32,000 nt of DNA. Source: Chlamydiales bacterium. Its GTDB lineage: Bacteria; Chlamydiota; Chlamydiia; Chlamydiales; SM23-39. Below are positions 13,901 through 21,367 of the stretch, piece after piece. The notes below the pieces were generated by a model, which was not told where the DNA came from, searched no databases, and was given only the letters and a program-made list of their open reading frames with translations. Position 1 is the stretch's first letter. Each line of letters begins with the position of its first letter. The translations under genes and the position numbers were made by a program. The stretch covers positions 1,350,001 to 1,382,000 of the forward strand of contig OZ253438.1 of assembly GCA_965261025.1 (NCBI GenBank), in the 5' to 3' direction.

Positions 13901-16900
13901 AGGTGAGCACCAACTCCAATCACTGCAAGGAACCGGAGGTGTTTTAATTGACTCAGGATCGACCCTTACTTTTGTAACCGCATTTAGTACTTATGCGGGA
14001 CCTACTTCAGGTAGTGGAAATATAAGAATAGCCAGTGGAGCAATTACGTTTAATGCAACAGGAGCCCACACAGGAACTACTACAGTAGAAGGAACTCTCA
14101 CTTTAGGAAGTAGTGTGGATTTTACTAGCTCCGCTTTTACAGTTGGCTCAGGAGGCACTCTTACCAAGGGAAGTGGCTCAAGTAGCATAGGAAGTCTTGC
14201 AGGAGAGGGAAGCGTAAGTTTAGGTGCTTCCACAAGTCTTACAGCAGGCAGCAATAACACTACAACTACCTTTTCGGGAACTTTTTCTGGTTCTGGTACT
14301 TTTACCAAAGCAGGGAGTGGGACTCTTACGCTTTCTGGTGTAAGTAGCGGCTTTAGTGGGGGAATTACTCTTTCTGCAGGGGCTATTACGGCAGGAGATA
14401 ATGAGGCTTTAGGCACAGGTGCCTTTGCTATGTCTGATTCTACTACTTTAAGTTTCACTCCTTCTCTTACTATAGCCAACGAGGTTAATTTTTCCGGTAG
14501 TAATACGCTTAGTATTAGTTCGGGTAGTTCGACTCTTTCTGGGGTTTTGGCTGGAACAGGAGCCCTATCTAAAACGGGAGGAGGTACGCTTATCTTCTCT
14601 GGGGTTTCTAATACATACTCTGGTACAACCAGTATTGCGGCGGGTTCTTTGGCTTTAGCCTCCGGTAGCAATCTTGTAAGCTCTGCTATTACAGTAGAAG
14701 CTTCCGCAACGCTAGAAAAACAGTTAGGGACAGGAACAAGTACTATAGGAAGTCTTGCAGCCTCTTCGAGTTTAGCAACCGTTTCTCTAGCCAGTTCTAC
14801 CACTCTTTCCATAGGAGATGATGATACTTCCACGGAATTTGCAGGGGGGGTTACAGGTGCAGGAGTTGTAGAGAAAATAGGAACAGGAACCCTGACCTTA
14901 TCGGGAAGTAACGATTATACAGGAGGAACTACTTTAACAAGTGGGACTATTTCGGCAGGTAGTAGTAGCGCTTTAGGTGCTTCTTCTGGATCTCTTTCTA
15001 TGGCAAGTGGAACAACTCTTGCTATGAGTTCAGGAGTAAGTCTTGCAAACGGAATCACACTAACAGGAACAGATACAGTAGCGGTGGCAAGTGGTACAGC
15101 AACTTTAACAGGAATTATTACTAGTACAGGAAGTTTAGTAAAGACGGGAGCAGGAGTTCTTTCTTTAACAGGAAGCAATGATTACTCAGGGGGGACGACT
15201 CTCTCTGCTGGTACCATCTCTGCGGGTAGCAATAGCGCTTTGGGAGCTTCTTCTGGGTCTCTTTCTATGGCAGATGCAACTACATTAACCTTAGTTTCAG
15301 GAGTGAGCTTACCCAATCCTATTTCAGTAGGCGGTGGAAATGAGGGGTCTTTGAATGTTTCTTCAGGAACTGCTACCTTAACAGGTACTATTTCAGGGGC
15401 AGGGGGAGTTGCTAAGACAGGTTCTGGAACCTTGACGATAAGCTCCAATATTACCACGGCCACTCTTGCAGTAAGCGCGGGAACTTTACTCTATAACGGA
15501 ACCAGTACTTCGGCTACTTCTGTCGCCTCTTCTGCTACTTTAGGAGGAAATGGTACATTGAATTCGGTTTCCAATGCAGGGACGATTAGTCCTGGGAATT
15601 CTATAGATACTTTAACGGCCGATACCTTTACTTTTTTGGATAACTCGAATCTTGAAATAGAGATCAATGAGACAGAATCAGATAAGATTGTAGCAACTAC
15701 AAGTGTTACTATTGGAGACAATGTCAGCGTTACTGTTCTACCATTAGCGAATATGTATCCTTCTTTTGCTAGGTACACAATCGTAGAGTCTCCTTCTATA
15801 GTCGGGGATTTTGATTTGATTATAGAAAATTTTGGCTCTTTTAGCTTTTCCTTTGATACTTCTATAGCAGGGCAGATAGATTTAATTTTGCAAAGAGATG
15901 ATCTTCAGGGTGTGGTTCAAGGGGGGAATCCAGGGCAAGTAGCCATAGCTTTAGACTTACTTCCCCTCTCCGATGCTGATGTGACGGAAGTGCGTACTGT
16001 TTTACAAGCATCAAACTCTACTATTTTGAGAAGGCAGCTGGATGAAATGCAACCTTCTCGATTTCATGCGTTATACCTAGCCCAGCAAGAGCTGGGGTTT
16101 TATCTTTTATCCTCGGTAAAAAATGTCCGATGTGAAAGGGAACTCTTTTGCAAAAGGGGGGTAAAAGTAGGTTTTTGGCAACAAGGTTTTTATGCCTTTT
16201 CTGATCAGAGGAATCTAAATAAGAAAACCACTTTAGATGGAAATAATGGATTTAGGACAGAAAAAGGAGGCATTTTAGTAGGACTGGATGTCTTTCAGGA
16301 AGAAAGAGCAAAAGTAGGAGTTTTTGCAGGAGGCTCTAGGGCTCGTGTAAGGATGGATGCTTTTTCAGAAAGGGGAAAAGCAGAAAGTGGATATGCAGGA
16401 ATTCATGCTTACAGAAGGTGGGATTTTCTAAGAGCAAACTTAACGGGTTTTGCAGCGCATAACCGTTACAAAACAAGAAGGAATATTCATCTAGAAAGCT
16501 CTTTTGGCATGATAGATAGAAAAGCAAAAGGTTCTTTTGATGGATGGCAGTTTGGAGGGCAAAATAGGTGGGAAATTATTGGACAAAAACAAATATCGGG
16601 GATTCTTTCTTATGCCTCTTTGGGCTATCAATATAGCTGCCAACGACGATACAAAGAAAGAGGAGCAAACAGCTTAAATCTACAGGTAGGGAATAAACAA
16701 GCGCAGATGACCTTCATAGAAGGAGGAATAGGCTTTTTTTATAATAAAAAACCTATTTGTACAGAGATTTTTCTAGGAATGGTGAGAGAACAAAGGTGGG
16801 GAGGAAAAGATACAAAGGTAAATTTTGCCATTAGCGATTATACCTTTTTAGTAAAAGGAATGAATCCGAGCAGAAGCTATCTGCACATAGAGGGGAAATG

Positions 16901-17012
16901 GGGAAGGTCTGCTCAAAAAAAAGAACCAGGGTTCTTCATAAAATATGAAGCAAAAGCGGGAACACAAATCCGAGAGCATTTAGCAAGTGCTTCTTTGGAA
17001 TGGGAGTTTTAA
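10920..17012 (+). CDS. Giant type Va autotransporter / polymorphic-membrane-protein-like adhesin (2030 aa)
   Basis: Domain order:
- Signal peptide MRPFCRTCLFLFFSFSVFA
- Pmp-like N-terminal module (GDLRGCLNYIN...ITF...TITL...LPAL...TITVNG, then GGAIGAGGAVFNDEGAVTLSDITFSSCSA)
- About 50% Gly segment, aa 141-490
- About 12 autotransporter-associated beta-strand (PATR-like) modules (xTYTGGTxLTAGTI...ALGTGxLxM)
- Junction GTISPGNSIDTLTADTFTF...
- About 280-aa C-terminal beta-barrel (from about nt 16167) ending LEWEF. Confidence 0.85.
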   Translation: MRPFCRTCLFLFFSFSVFAVDLTVNVAGDANVGTEGSFTVGTLSGDLRGCLNYINTVTTSSADSFDITFALTSGNETITLAAILPALGLAQANTITVNGDNSSGSGTQITLSGGSSFPGFFVRQGTVTLSNLTLSNLLSQGGTGGFGAGGGAIGAGGAVFNDEGAVTLSDITFSSCSAVGGQGGTSDGAGVGGGGGMFQGTGGSRGVSNNLTGGGGGGGIGSIGGAGGAGNGARPGGGGGGGGYGGRGGNGGVADATNQGAGGGGGGVFSQGGNGGTGGGNGGTGQAASSIDGLRIGGAGGGGGSTGGTGGTASGGSGCTSDGGSGGGGGSGSGSPVCANGSGNTGGAGGIYGGGGGAGADAESVGGAGGVGGGGAGSLTITGASVGGAGGYGGGGGGCGGAAGFGGGGGGAFRAAALNGGNGGFGGGGGGGCGVSGLEREGGDGGFGAGSGGGGTTTGSPGIGGGTGETSTSTPGGGGGAGLGGAVFSRAGSITFQGGITTSSNSVTAGAAGSGSSSAEPGAAASTDFFGVSNVSFGGTSLTFAPAVSTTSTFNGTIGDSSSTTLPDVGTYEPGAGAGLNLLHNGAGTTTLVGTNTYAGTTTVSAGVLSVTGDISNSSSLTVNSGGTISTSLLSKVPSSITVNSGGIFELNISSDLEITTDFLAGEAGILQKAGSANLTVSTNAGTYTGGTNLTAGTITAEINEALGSGSINITDGATLALDSAISLSNDVAILPSATATVSVTAGTGTLSGVISGSGGILEKTGSATLALSGNSTYTGGTNLTAGTISVGTDADALGTGTLSMSDGTTFFIEDALTIANDINLTGTNSFDSGASVDYVLSGVVSGTGTFTKLGVRSVTFTNASNDFSGGITFSNGNIGVSASGGLGTGTISFVGGLTLNIGNGVTLSNNLVGTSGTRNVLVDGLATTATMNGQFVSGTFFKTGSGTLIYDGDGSSSSAIVFVSQGQFNLTGDLPSATLNLTASGVPFNVTGAGEHQLQSLQGTGGVLIDSGSTLTFVTAFSTYAGPTSGSGNIRIASGAITFNATGAHTGTTTVEGTLTLGSSVDFTSSAFTVGSGGTLTKGSGSSSIGSLAGEGSVSLGASTSLTAGSNNTTTTFSGTFSGSGTFTKAGSGTLTLSGVSSGFSGGITLSAGAITAGDNEALGTGAFAMSDSTTLSFTPSLTIANEVNFSGSNTLSISSGSSTLSGVLAGTGALSKTGGGTLIFSGVSNTYSGTTSIAAGSLALASGSNLVSSAITVEASATLEKQLGTGTSTIGSLAASSSLATVSLASSTTLSIGDDDTSTEFAGGVTGAGVVEKIGTGTLTLSGSNDYTGGTTLTSGTISAGSSSALGASSGSLSMASGTTLAMSSGVSLANGITLTGTDTVAVASGTATLTGIITSTGSLVKTGAGVLSLTGSNDYSGGTTLSAGTISAGSNSALGASSGSLSMADATTLTLVSGVSLPNPISVGGGNEGSLNVSSGTATLTGTISGAGGVAKTGSGTLTISSNITTATLAVSAGTLLYNGTSTSATSVASSATLGGNGTLNSVSNAGTISPGNSIDTLTADTFTFLDNSNLEIEINETESDKIVATTSVTIGDNVSVTVLPLANMYPSFARYTIVESPSIVGDFDLIIENFGSFSFSFDTSIAGQIDLILQRDDLQGVVQGGNPGQVAIALDLLPLSDADVTEVRTVLQASNSTILRRQLDEMQPSRFHALYLAQQELGFYLLSSVKNVRCERELFCKRGVKVGFWQQGFYAFSDQRNLNKKTTLDGNNGFRTEKGGILVGLDVFQEERAKVGVFAGGSRARVRMDAFSERGKAESGYAGIHAYRRWDFLRANLTGFAAHNRYKTRRNIHLESSFGMIDRKAKGSFDGWQFGGQNRWEIIGQKQISGILSYASLGYQYSCQRRYKERGANSLNLQVGNKQAQMTFIEGGIGFFYNKKPICTEIFLGMVREQRWGGKDTKVNFAISDYTFLVKGMNPSRSYLHIEGKWGRSAQKKEPGFFIKYEAKAGTQIREHLASASLEWEF
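11340..12389 (+). repeat. Hyper-glycine low-complexity coding segment (GGA/GGT/GGC/GGG codon arrays) inside the autotransporter
   Basis: My hand count gives about 174 Gly in 350 residues (aa 141-490), with runs such as GGGGGGG, PGGGGGGGGYGGRGGNGG and GYGGGGGGCGGAAGFGGGGGG. The DNA is strongly purine- and G-rich on the coding strand (ggaggaggaggagga, ggcggcggtggcggcggcggcgga). Confidence 0.9.
12672..15500 (+). repeat. Diverged tandem PATR-like passenger modules (about 60-90 aa each, about 12 copies)
   Basis: Recurrent blocks: NTYAGTTTVSAGVL, GTYTGGTNLTAGTI, STYTGGTNLTAGTI, SNTYSGTTSIAAGSL, SNDYTGGTTLTSGTISAGSSSALGASSGSLSMASGTTL and SNDYSGGTTLSAGTISAGSNSALGASSGSLSMADATTL. They are conserved at protein level but diverged at DNA level. 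Confidence 0.7.
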
Positions 17013-17782
17013 AAGCGGAGCTCTCCAGATACGGTAACTCCATTTTGATTGAGAAAACGAGCTTCTACATCAATGGTCATAGTCTGAGAAGAAAGTAGCG
17101 TAGATCCTAAGATAAGACCCCATTTTTTGTGATTTACGGTAGAAGGAGAGCTAAACTCCAAAATTACGTCTTGAGAGGGAATATCCATCATCCCTGAAGA
17201 AGGGTCTGGGTCAATTCGGGCTTCTAAATAACTTAGCCCCAAATAGGGAACAAAGATGCTTACTTGATAGGCAAGGCTTAAAGATCCCTGTATTTCTGTG
17301 TAGTGTAAAGAAAAAGAAGAAAGGATGAGAGCTGGGGTGGTTTTTTCTAAGATAAAGTAAGTAGGATTTTGTTTCGTTGCAAAAAACGTGCCGGCTATGC
17401 CTAAAAAAAGGGGAGGTTTTTCGTATAGAAGAATTCTTCCTCCTACGCCCCAGGAAAATCTTCTAGAAGAGAAGAGCTCCTGATCAAATTGAATTTTAGA
17501 AGAACCTAACAAAGAATAGATATCCACCTTGTGGAAAAAGTTTGCAGTAATTGTAGTTGCATAAGTGGAGAGTGTTATTTTTGACTGCTCTGTTTGATCG
17601 AGTAGAAACTCCTCTTGAAAAGAGCTATTATAGATATAATCCGCTAGATACTCTGCTCTTAGAGAAATAGGTTTATTTTCTTCCCATATAAACCCTCTGC
17701 GGTAAAGAGAAGTTAAAGCAGGATTACCTGAGCTAGTTCCGTATAAGAGAGAAAAAAGAGAGAGAAAAAATAAAAGCCTCAT
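17009..17782 (-). CDS. Short chlamydial MOMP/PorB-family outer-membrane beta-barrel protein
   Basis: The signal peptide is followed by SSGNPALTSLYRRGFIWEE (compare chlamydial MOMP/PorB mature N-termini ...GNPAEPSL.../...GNPAFPVI...). The C-terminus ...GVTVSGELRF resembles PorB ...VNVSGGFQF and ends in Phe. The ORF track starts at 17788. I prefer the ATG at 17782, which overlaps the upstream gene's TGA as ATGA. Confidence 0.6.
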   Translation of the reverse strand: MRLLFFLSLFSLLYGTSSGNPALTSLYRRGFIWEENKPISLRAEYLADYIYNSSFQEEFLLDQTEQSKITLSTYATTITANFFHKVDIYSLLGSSKIQFDQELFSSRRFSWGVGGRILLYEKPPLFLGIAGTFFATKQNPTYFILEKTTPALILSSFSLHYTEIQGSLSLAYQVSIFVPYLGLSYLEARIDPDPSSGMMDIPSQDVILEFSSPSTVNHKKWGLILGSTLLSSQTMTIDVEARFLNQNGVTVSGELRF

Positions 17783-18630
17783 GAACATACAGAGTCATTT
17801 TCCTTAATTCTTTCTTTCTGAATCCACTGTTTTTTCTGGATATACTGGGTAAGGGCTTTCTGAATGTATTGGACTGTTTTTCTTTTGGGAAAAGAAAATG
17901 AGTCAATTTTTTTAATAGGAATAACTTCCTTGTTAGTAGCTGCTAAGAAAACCTCTTCCATCTCTGGTAGCTCTTTATAAAAAATAGGTCGTTGTTCAAA
18001 GGAAAACAAGGAGAGAAGGACCTCCCTTGTGACCCCAGGATATATATTTTCAGAAGGAGTAAGAAGCTTGCCTTTTTTTACACAAAAAAAGTTAGAGGTC
18101 GCAGATTCCAAAATCTCTTGCTTGGTAGAAAGATATAACACTTCAAAAATGGCTGGGTTTTTTTGTTGTGTTTGTATGGCAGGAAGGTAGCTCGAAGTTT
18201 TTATTTCAGGAAGAAACCTTTCGTAGGAAAAGGTGGCTAGCTCCACTCCCTCTTCATAGAAAGAAGAGGGATAGGGAAGGTAAGGAGTACAGAAGATTAC
18301 CAATCCTGGTTTTTCATTTATTTGTAAATTAGAAGAGATGCCTCCTGTGATAAAGATCTTAAAAGTCCATTCCTCTTGGCTTTGTTTAGGAATCATTTTT
18401 CTCATGATTGTATAAAAATCTTCCTTGCTATAGGAAATATTAAGACCTAATTTGTGACAGCCGTTTTTTAATCTTTCTACATGTTTTTCCCAATGAAAGG
18501 GCTGCTTTTCATAGGTGCGAATTGTAGCAGAAAGAGCATAGCCTCTTGCAATACTCAGATCCGAAATAGAAAGTTGGGCTTTAGACAAGGGAATAAATTT
18601 ACCATTTACAAAAGCAAGGGGAAAAGACAT
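17779..18630 (-). CDS. Class IV (fold type IV) PLP aminotransferase (BCAT / D-amino-acid aminotransferase / ADC-lyase family)
   Basis: The family pattern ESATSNFFCVKKGKLLTPSENIYPGVTRE is present, and the N-terminus FVNGKFIPLSKAQLSISDLSIARGY is typical. AAGGAG lies 6 nt upstream of the ATG at 18630, so this start is preferred over the ATG at 18651 in the ORF track. Substrate class cannot be decided from sequence by eye. Confidence 0.75.
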   Translation of the reverse strand: MSFPLAFVNGKFIPLSKAQLSISDLSIARGYALSATIRTYEKQPFHWEKHVERLKNGCHKLGLNISYSKEDFYTIMRKMIPKQSQEEWTFKIFITGGISSNLQINEKPGLVIFCTPYLPYPSSFYEEGVELATFSYERFLPEIKTSSYLPAIQTQQKNPAIFEVLYLSTKQEILESATSNFFCVKKGKLLTPSENIYPGVTREVLLSLFSFEQRPIFYKELPEMEEVFLAATNKEVIPIKKIDSFSFPKRKTVQYIQKALTQYIQKKQWIQKERIKENDSVCS

Positions 18631-18751
18631 AAAAAACTCCTTTTTTTTCATTGTAGCAGAAAAAAAGCCTTTTTTTTTTATAAAAAGATTGCGAATTTTT
18701 TCAAAAAATTACTATGAAAAAAAAAGAAGAGGAAAGAAGGAGCGTTTTGTT

Positions 18752-19003
18752 ATGGCTTTTAAAGAGACACTAGAAAAACTACATCAACATTTACAAGATC
18801 TATCTAACGACTTGCAGAAAGTATCAAAGGGGAATAAGGCAGCCTCTCAAAGGGTAAGAACGGGTACCTTGAAACTAGAAAAAATTGGGAAACAGTACCG
18901 CAAAGAGTCTTTACATCTTGAAAAAAGCGGGAAGTTTACCAAGACAAAAAATAAAAAATCAGGCTTTCTTCATAGAGTAAGACAAAAGATAAGAGGCACG
19001 TAA
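18752..19003 (+). CDS. hctA: Histone H1-like developmental nucleoid protein Hc1 (short, 83 aa)
   Basis: MAFKETLEKL...KGNKAASQRVRTGTLKLEKIGKQYRKES closely matches the conserved Hc1 N-domain (C. trachomatis ...KGNKAAAQRVRTDSIKLEKIAKVYRKES). The C-terminal tail is basic. AAGGAG lies 9 nt upstream of the ATG at 18752. The TTG-initiated extension in the ORF track (18689) is not supported. Confidence 0.85.
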   Translation: MAFKETLEKLHQHLQDLSNDLQKVSKGNKAASQRVRTGTLKLEKIGKQYRKESLHLEKSGKFTKTKNKKSGFLHRVRQKIRGT

Positions 19004-19043
19004 AAGCTTTTCTTTTTTTTCTCCTCCCTCTACCATATCTTTC

Positions 19044-20408
19044 ATGGAAGAAGAGTTATTTATTGAAAAATTTTCTCCCAAGGGTTGGGGCGTTGCCTAC
19101 TCGGAAAATACCAGAGTGGAGATTCCCCACGCTCTAAAAGGGGATACGGTTTTAGCAAGACTTTCCAGAAAAAGAAAAAATAAGAGAAAGGGAAGGCTCT
19201 TAGAAATACTTCACAGTTCTAAAGATAGGGTAGCCCCTCGATGCTTTCATACTAAACTCTGTGGAGGATGTGTTTGGCAAGAATATGCGTATCCTCAGCA
19301 GCTGAATCAAAAAAGGCAGTGGATTGAAAGAAATTTTCAAGAAATGATTGAACAAGGAGCCGAAGCTTTTTCCGTGATCCCTTCTGAAGATCTTTGGGGA
19401 TACCGCAATAAAATGGAGTTTTCCTTCTCTCAAAATAGAGCAAAAACGAAGTTTTTAGGACTTATGATTGCAGGCGCTAATCAATATGTTTTTAATGTCG
19501 AAAAATGCTTTCTAGCCCCTCCTTGGTTTTCTGAAATAGTTAGAGAAACAAAATCTTGGTGGGATGCCTCTTCCCTTTTGGCGTTTCAGCCTTTAAAAGG
19601 GGAAGGACACTTGATGAATCTCACCTTAAGGGAAGGGAGAAATACCCAAGAAAAGCTGATTCTACTTACGACTCTGTATTCGGAAGAGCCTTTTGTAAAA
19701 GAGGAAGTTTTTGCTTTTGCCAAGAGGATGAAAGAAAGATTTTCTGAAAGAGAGGATCTTTCCCTTGTGTGGCTGCAAAAAAAGCAGAAAAAAGGCTTTA
19801 CTACTGAGGACCTCTCTCAAACTCTGTATGGGAAAGGATATCTATTTGAAAAATTTTTTCTTTTACAAAAAGAGATTATCATGAAAGTAAGCCCGACTTC
19901 TTTTTGTCAGCCTAATACCTTGCAGGCGCAAAAACTTTATGAAAAAGCTTTTGCTCTGTTGGACTTACAAGGGAAAGAAATTGTGTATGATCTTTATTCG
20001 GGAAGTGGTTCTCTGGCTATGGTAGCCTCTTTTTTTGCTAAAAAGGTATATGCTGTAGAGCAAAACCCCTCTTCTGTTCAAGATGCTTTAGAAAACCTAA
20101 GGCATAATCAGATTGAAAATGTAGAGATAATCGAAGGTGATGTACTAAAGGCTTTAGAAGGGATTCCTGAAAAGCCTGATGCCATTTTGGTAGATCCTCC
20201 AAGAGCAGGGCTAAGAAAGGAGGCTTTATCTAAGTTGGCCTCTTTAAAAGCTGGTAAGATAGTGTATATCTCTTGTAATCCTGATACGCAGCTAGAGGAT
20301 GTAAAGGAGCTTATCCAGAGAGGATACCAGGTAAAAACCCTTGTTCCTTTTGATCAATTTCCCCACACAGCACATTTGGAAAATGTGATTCTTTTGGAAA
20401 AAAGATGA
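19044..20408 (+). CDS. rlmD: 23S rRNA (uracil-5-)-methyltransferase, RumA/RlmD (TrmA) family
   Basis: N-terminal TRAM-like domain. Fe-S cluster cysteines in CFHTKLCGGCVWQ plus a later Cys (EKCF). SAM motif I DLYSGSGSL, motif IV VDPPRAGL, and catalytic-Cys motif YISCNP. Confidence 0.85.
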   Translation: MEEELFIEKFSPKGWGVAYSENTRVEIPHALKGDTVLARLSRKRKNKRKGRLLEILHSSKDRVAPRCFHTKLCGGCVWQEYAYPQQLNQKRQWIERNFQEMIEQGAEAFSVIPSEDLWGYRNKMEFSFSQNRAKTKFLGLMIAGANQYVFNVEKCFLAPPWFSEIVRETKSWWDASSLLAFQPLKGEGHLMNLTLREGRNTQEKLILLTTLYSEEPFVKEEVFAFAKRMKERFSEREDLSLVWLQKKQKKGFTTEDLSQTLYGKGYLFEKFFLLQKEIIMKVSPTSFCQPNTLQAQKLYEKAFALLDLQGKEIVYDLYSGSGSLAMVASFFAKKVYAVEQNPSSVQDALENLRHNQIENVEIIEGDVLKALEGIPEKPDAILVDPPRAGLRKEALSKLASLKAGKIVYISCNPDTQLEDVKELIQRGYQVKTLVPFDQFPHTAHLENVILLEKR

Positions 20409-20419
20409 GCTATTTCGTT

Positions 20420-20806
20420 TTAAGTTTGGCTTTGTATTTCATCTTTTAAAGCGGTTGCTACGCCGAAGAGCTCAGAGGCATAATCTCCTACCTTGGAAAA
20501 AGCATTGTCATAGGCGTTTGTGATATTTCCCTCCATAAATAAAATCCCATCGGGTCCTTCTAAAAGACTCATTTCACTTTTACTAAAGGCCCCTTTATTG
20601 GTTTCCATGAGATTTTTAAGCTCTTTTACAATTTTTTGAAAGGTAGTTCTATCATTATGGATTTGATCGGCATTTCCCTCTTTAGCGGCTTTTATCATGC
20701 TCGAAAGAATTTGGAGCAGCTGTTGTATCAGATTTAAAGCTTTTTCTTTGGGATCAGAGTTCTGATAGGGATTTAAGGCATTTGGGGGAGTAGGGGGAAT
20801 TCTCAT
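20420..20806 (-). CDS. Hypothetical 128-aa soluble helical protein (orphan)
   Basis: Clean ORF with an ATG preceded by AGGAAAAAATT. It has a Pro-rich N-terminus (MRIPPTPPNALNPYQ), no signal peptide or TM segment, and no motif I recognise. A strongly AT-rich upstream region suggests its own promoter. Confidence 0.5.
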   Translation of the reverse strand: MRIPPTPPNALNPYQNSDPKEKALNLIQQLLQILSSMIKAAKEGNADQIHNDRTTFQKIVKELKNLMETNKGAFSKSEMSLLEGPDGILFMEGNITNAYDNAFSKVGDYASELFGVATALKDEIQSQT

Positions 20807-21001
20807 AATTTTTTCCTTTTTTTAAATAAAATAAAGTTCTAATTTTTTATTATTAAAAATTTTTATTTTAAGGAAACAAAAGTTTTTAATTTAAGTGAAA
20901 ATTTTGTTTTTTTAAATAATTTAATGTACCCTCTTTGAGAGGATCTCTTCTTGCTTTTTTTGTTTAAAAGAGGCATCCTCTATGGGAAACGAGGTCTTTT
21001 T

Positions 21002-21367
21002 ATGAAAAAGGTATTTTCTTTACTCGCCCTCTTGGGCTCTTCTTCCTTGTTTGCCGAAAGTGGGCAAACTTCTCAAAGTAATCTTACTTCCCTTTTAGTG
21101 TGGGTGGGTTTTGCTATTTTTTTCTTTTATTTCATTTTGTATCGTCCTGAGCAGAAAAGAAGAAAGAAAGCACTTCAGATGAGGTCCCTTATGAAAAAGG
21201 GAGATAAAGTCACTGCGATGGGAATCGTAGGGGTTATTTCTCAAGTAAAAGAGGATACAGTTGTTTTAAAGATGGTGGATGGAGCCAAGATTGAAATGTT
21301 AAAAGGGGCCATCACAGAGGTAACTTCTGCCGCCTCTGAAGAAGCCAAGGAATCTGTTACCGCTTAA
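21002..21367 (+). CDS. yajC: Preprotein translocase subunit YajC
   Basis: The TM segment plus ILYRPEQKRRKKALQMRSLMKKGDKVTAMGIVGVISQVKEDTVVLKMVDGAKIEMLKGAITEV is the YajC signature. GAGG lies 7 nt upstream of the ATG at 21002. The ORF-track TTG at 20951 is probably too far upstream. Confidence 0.85.
   Translation: MKKVFSLLALLGSSSLFAESGQTSQSNLTSLLVWVGFAIFFFYFILYRPEQKRRKKALQMRSLMKKGDKVTAMGIVGVISQVKEDTVVLKMVDGAKIEMLKGAITEVTSAASEEAKESVTA

Noticed and set aside
12407-15778. Series of minus-strand ORFs including a 280-codon one (13991..14833)
   Set aside because: They are antisense to the autotransporter passenger. The biased G/T/S/A codon usage of the sense strand removes stop codons from the antisense frames. 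Their products are low-complexity (P/V/E/L/A) and lack motifs.
18481-18751. ORF 18481..18717 and the TTG-initiated N-terminal extension of hctA (18689..18751)
   Set aside because: The first is antisense to the aminotransferase 5' end and runs through the promoter region. The extension is a poly-Lys/Arg translation of an A-rich leader and would place the AAGGAG RBS inside the coding sequence. Hc1 homologues start at the MAxK... position.
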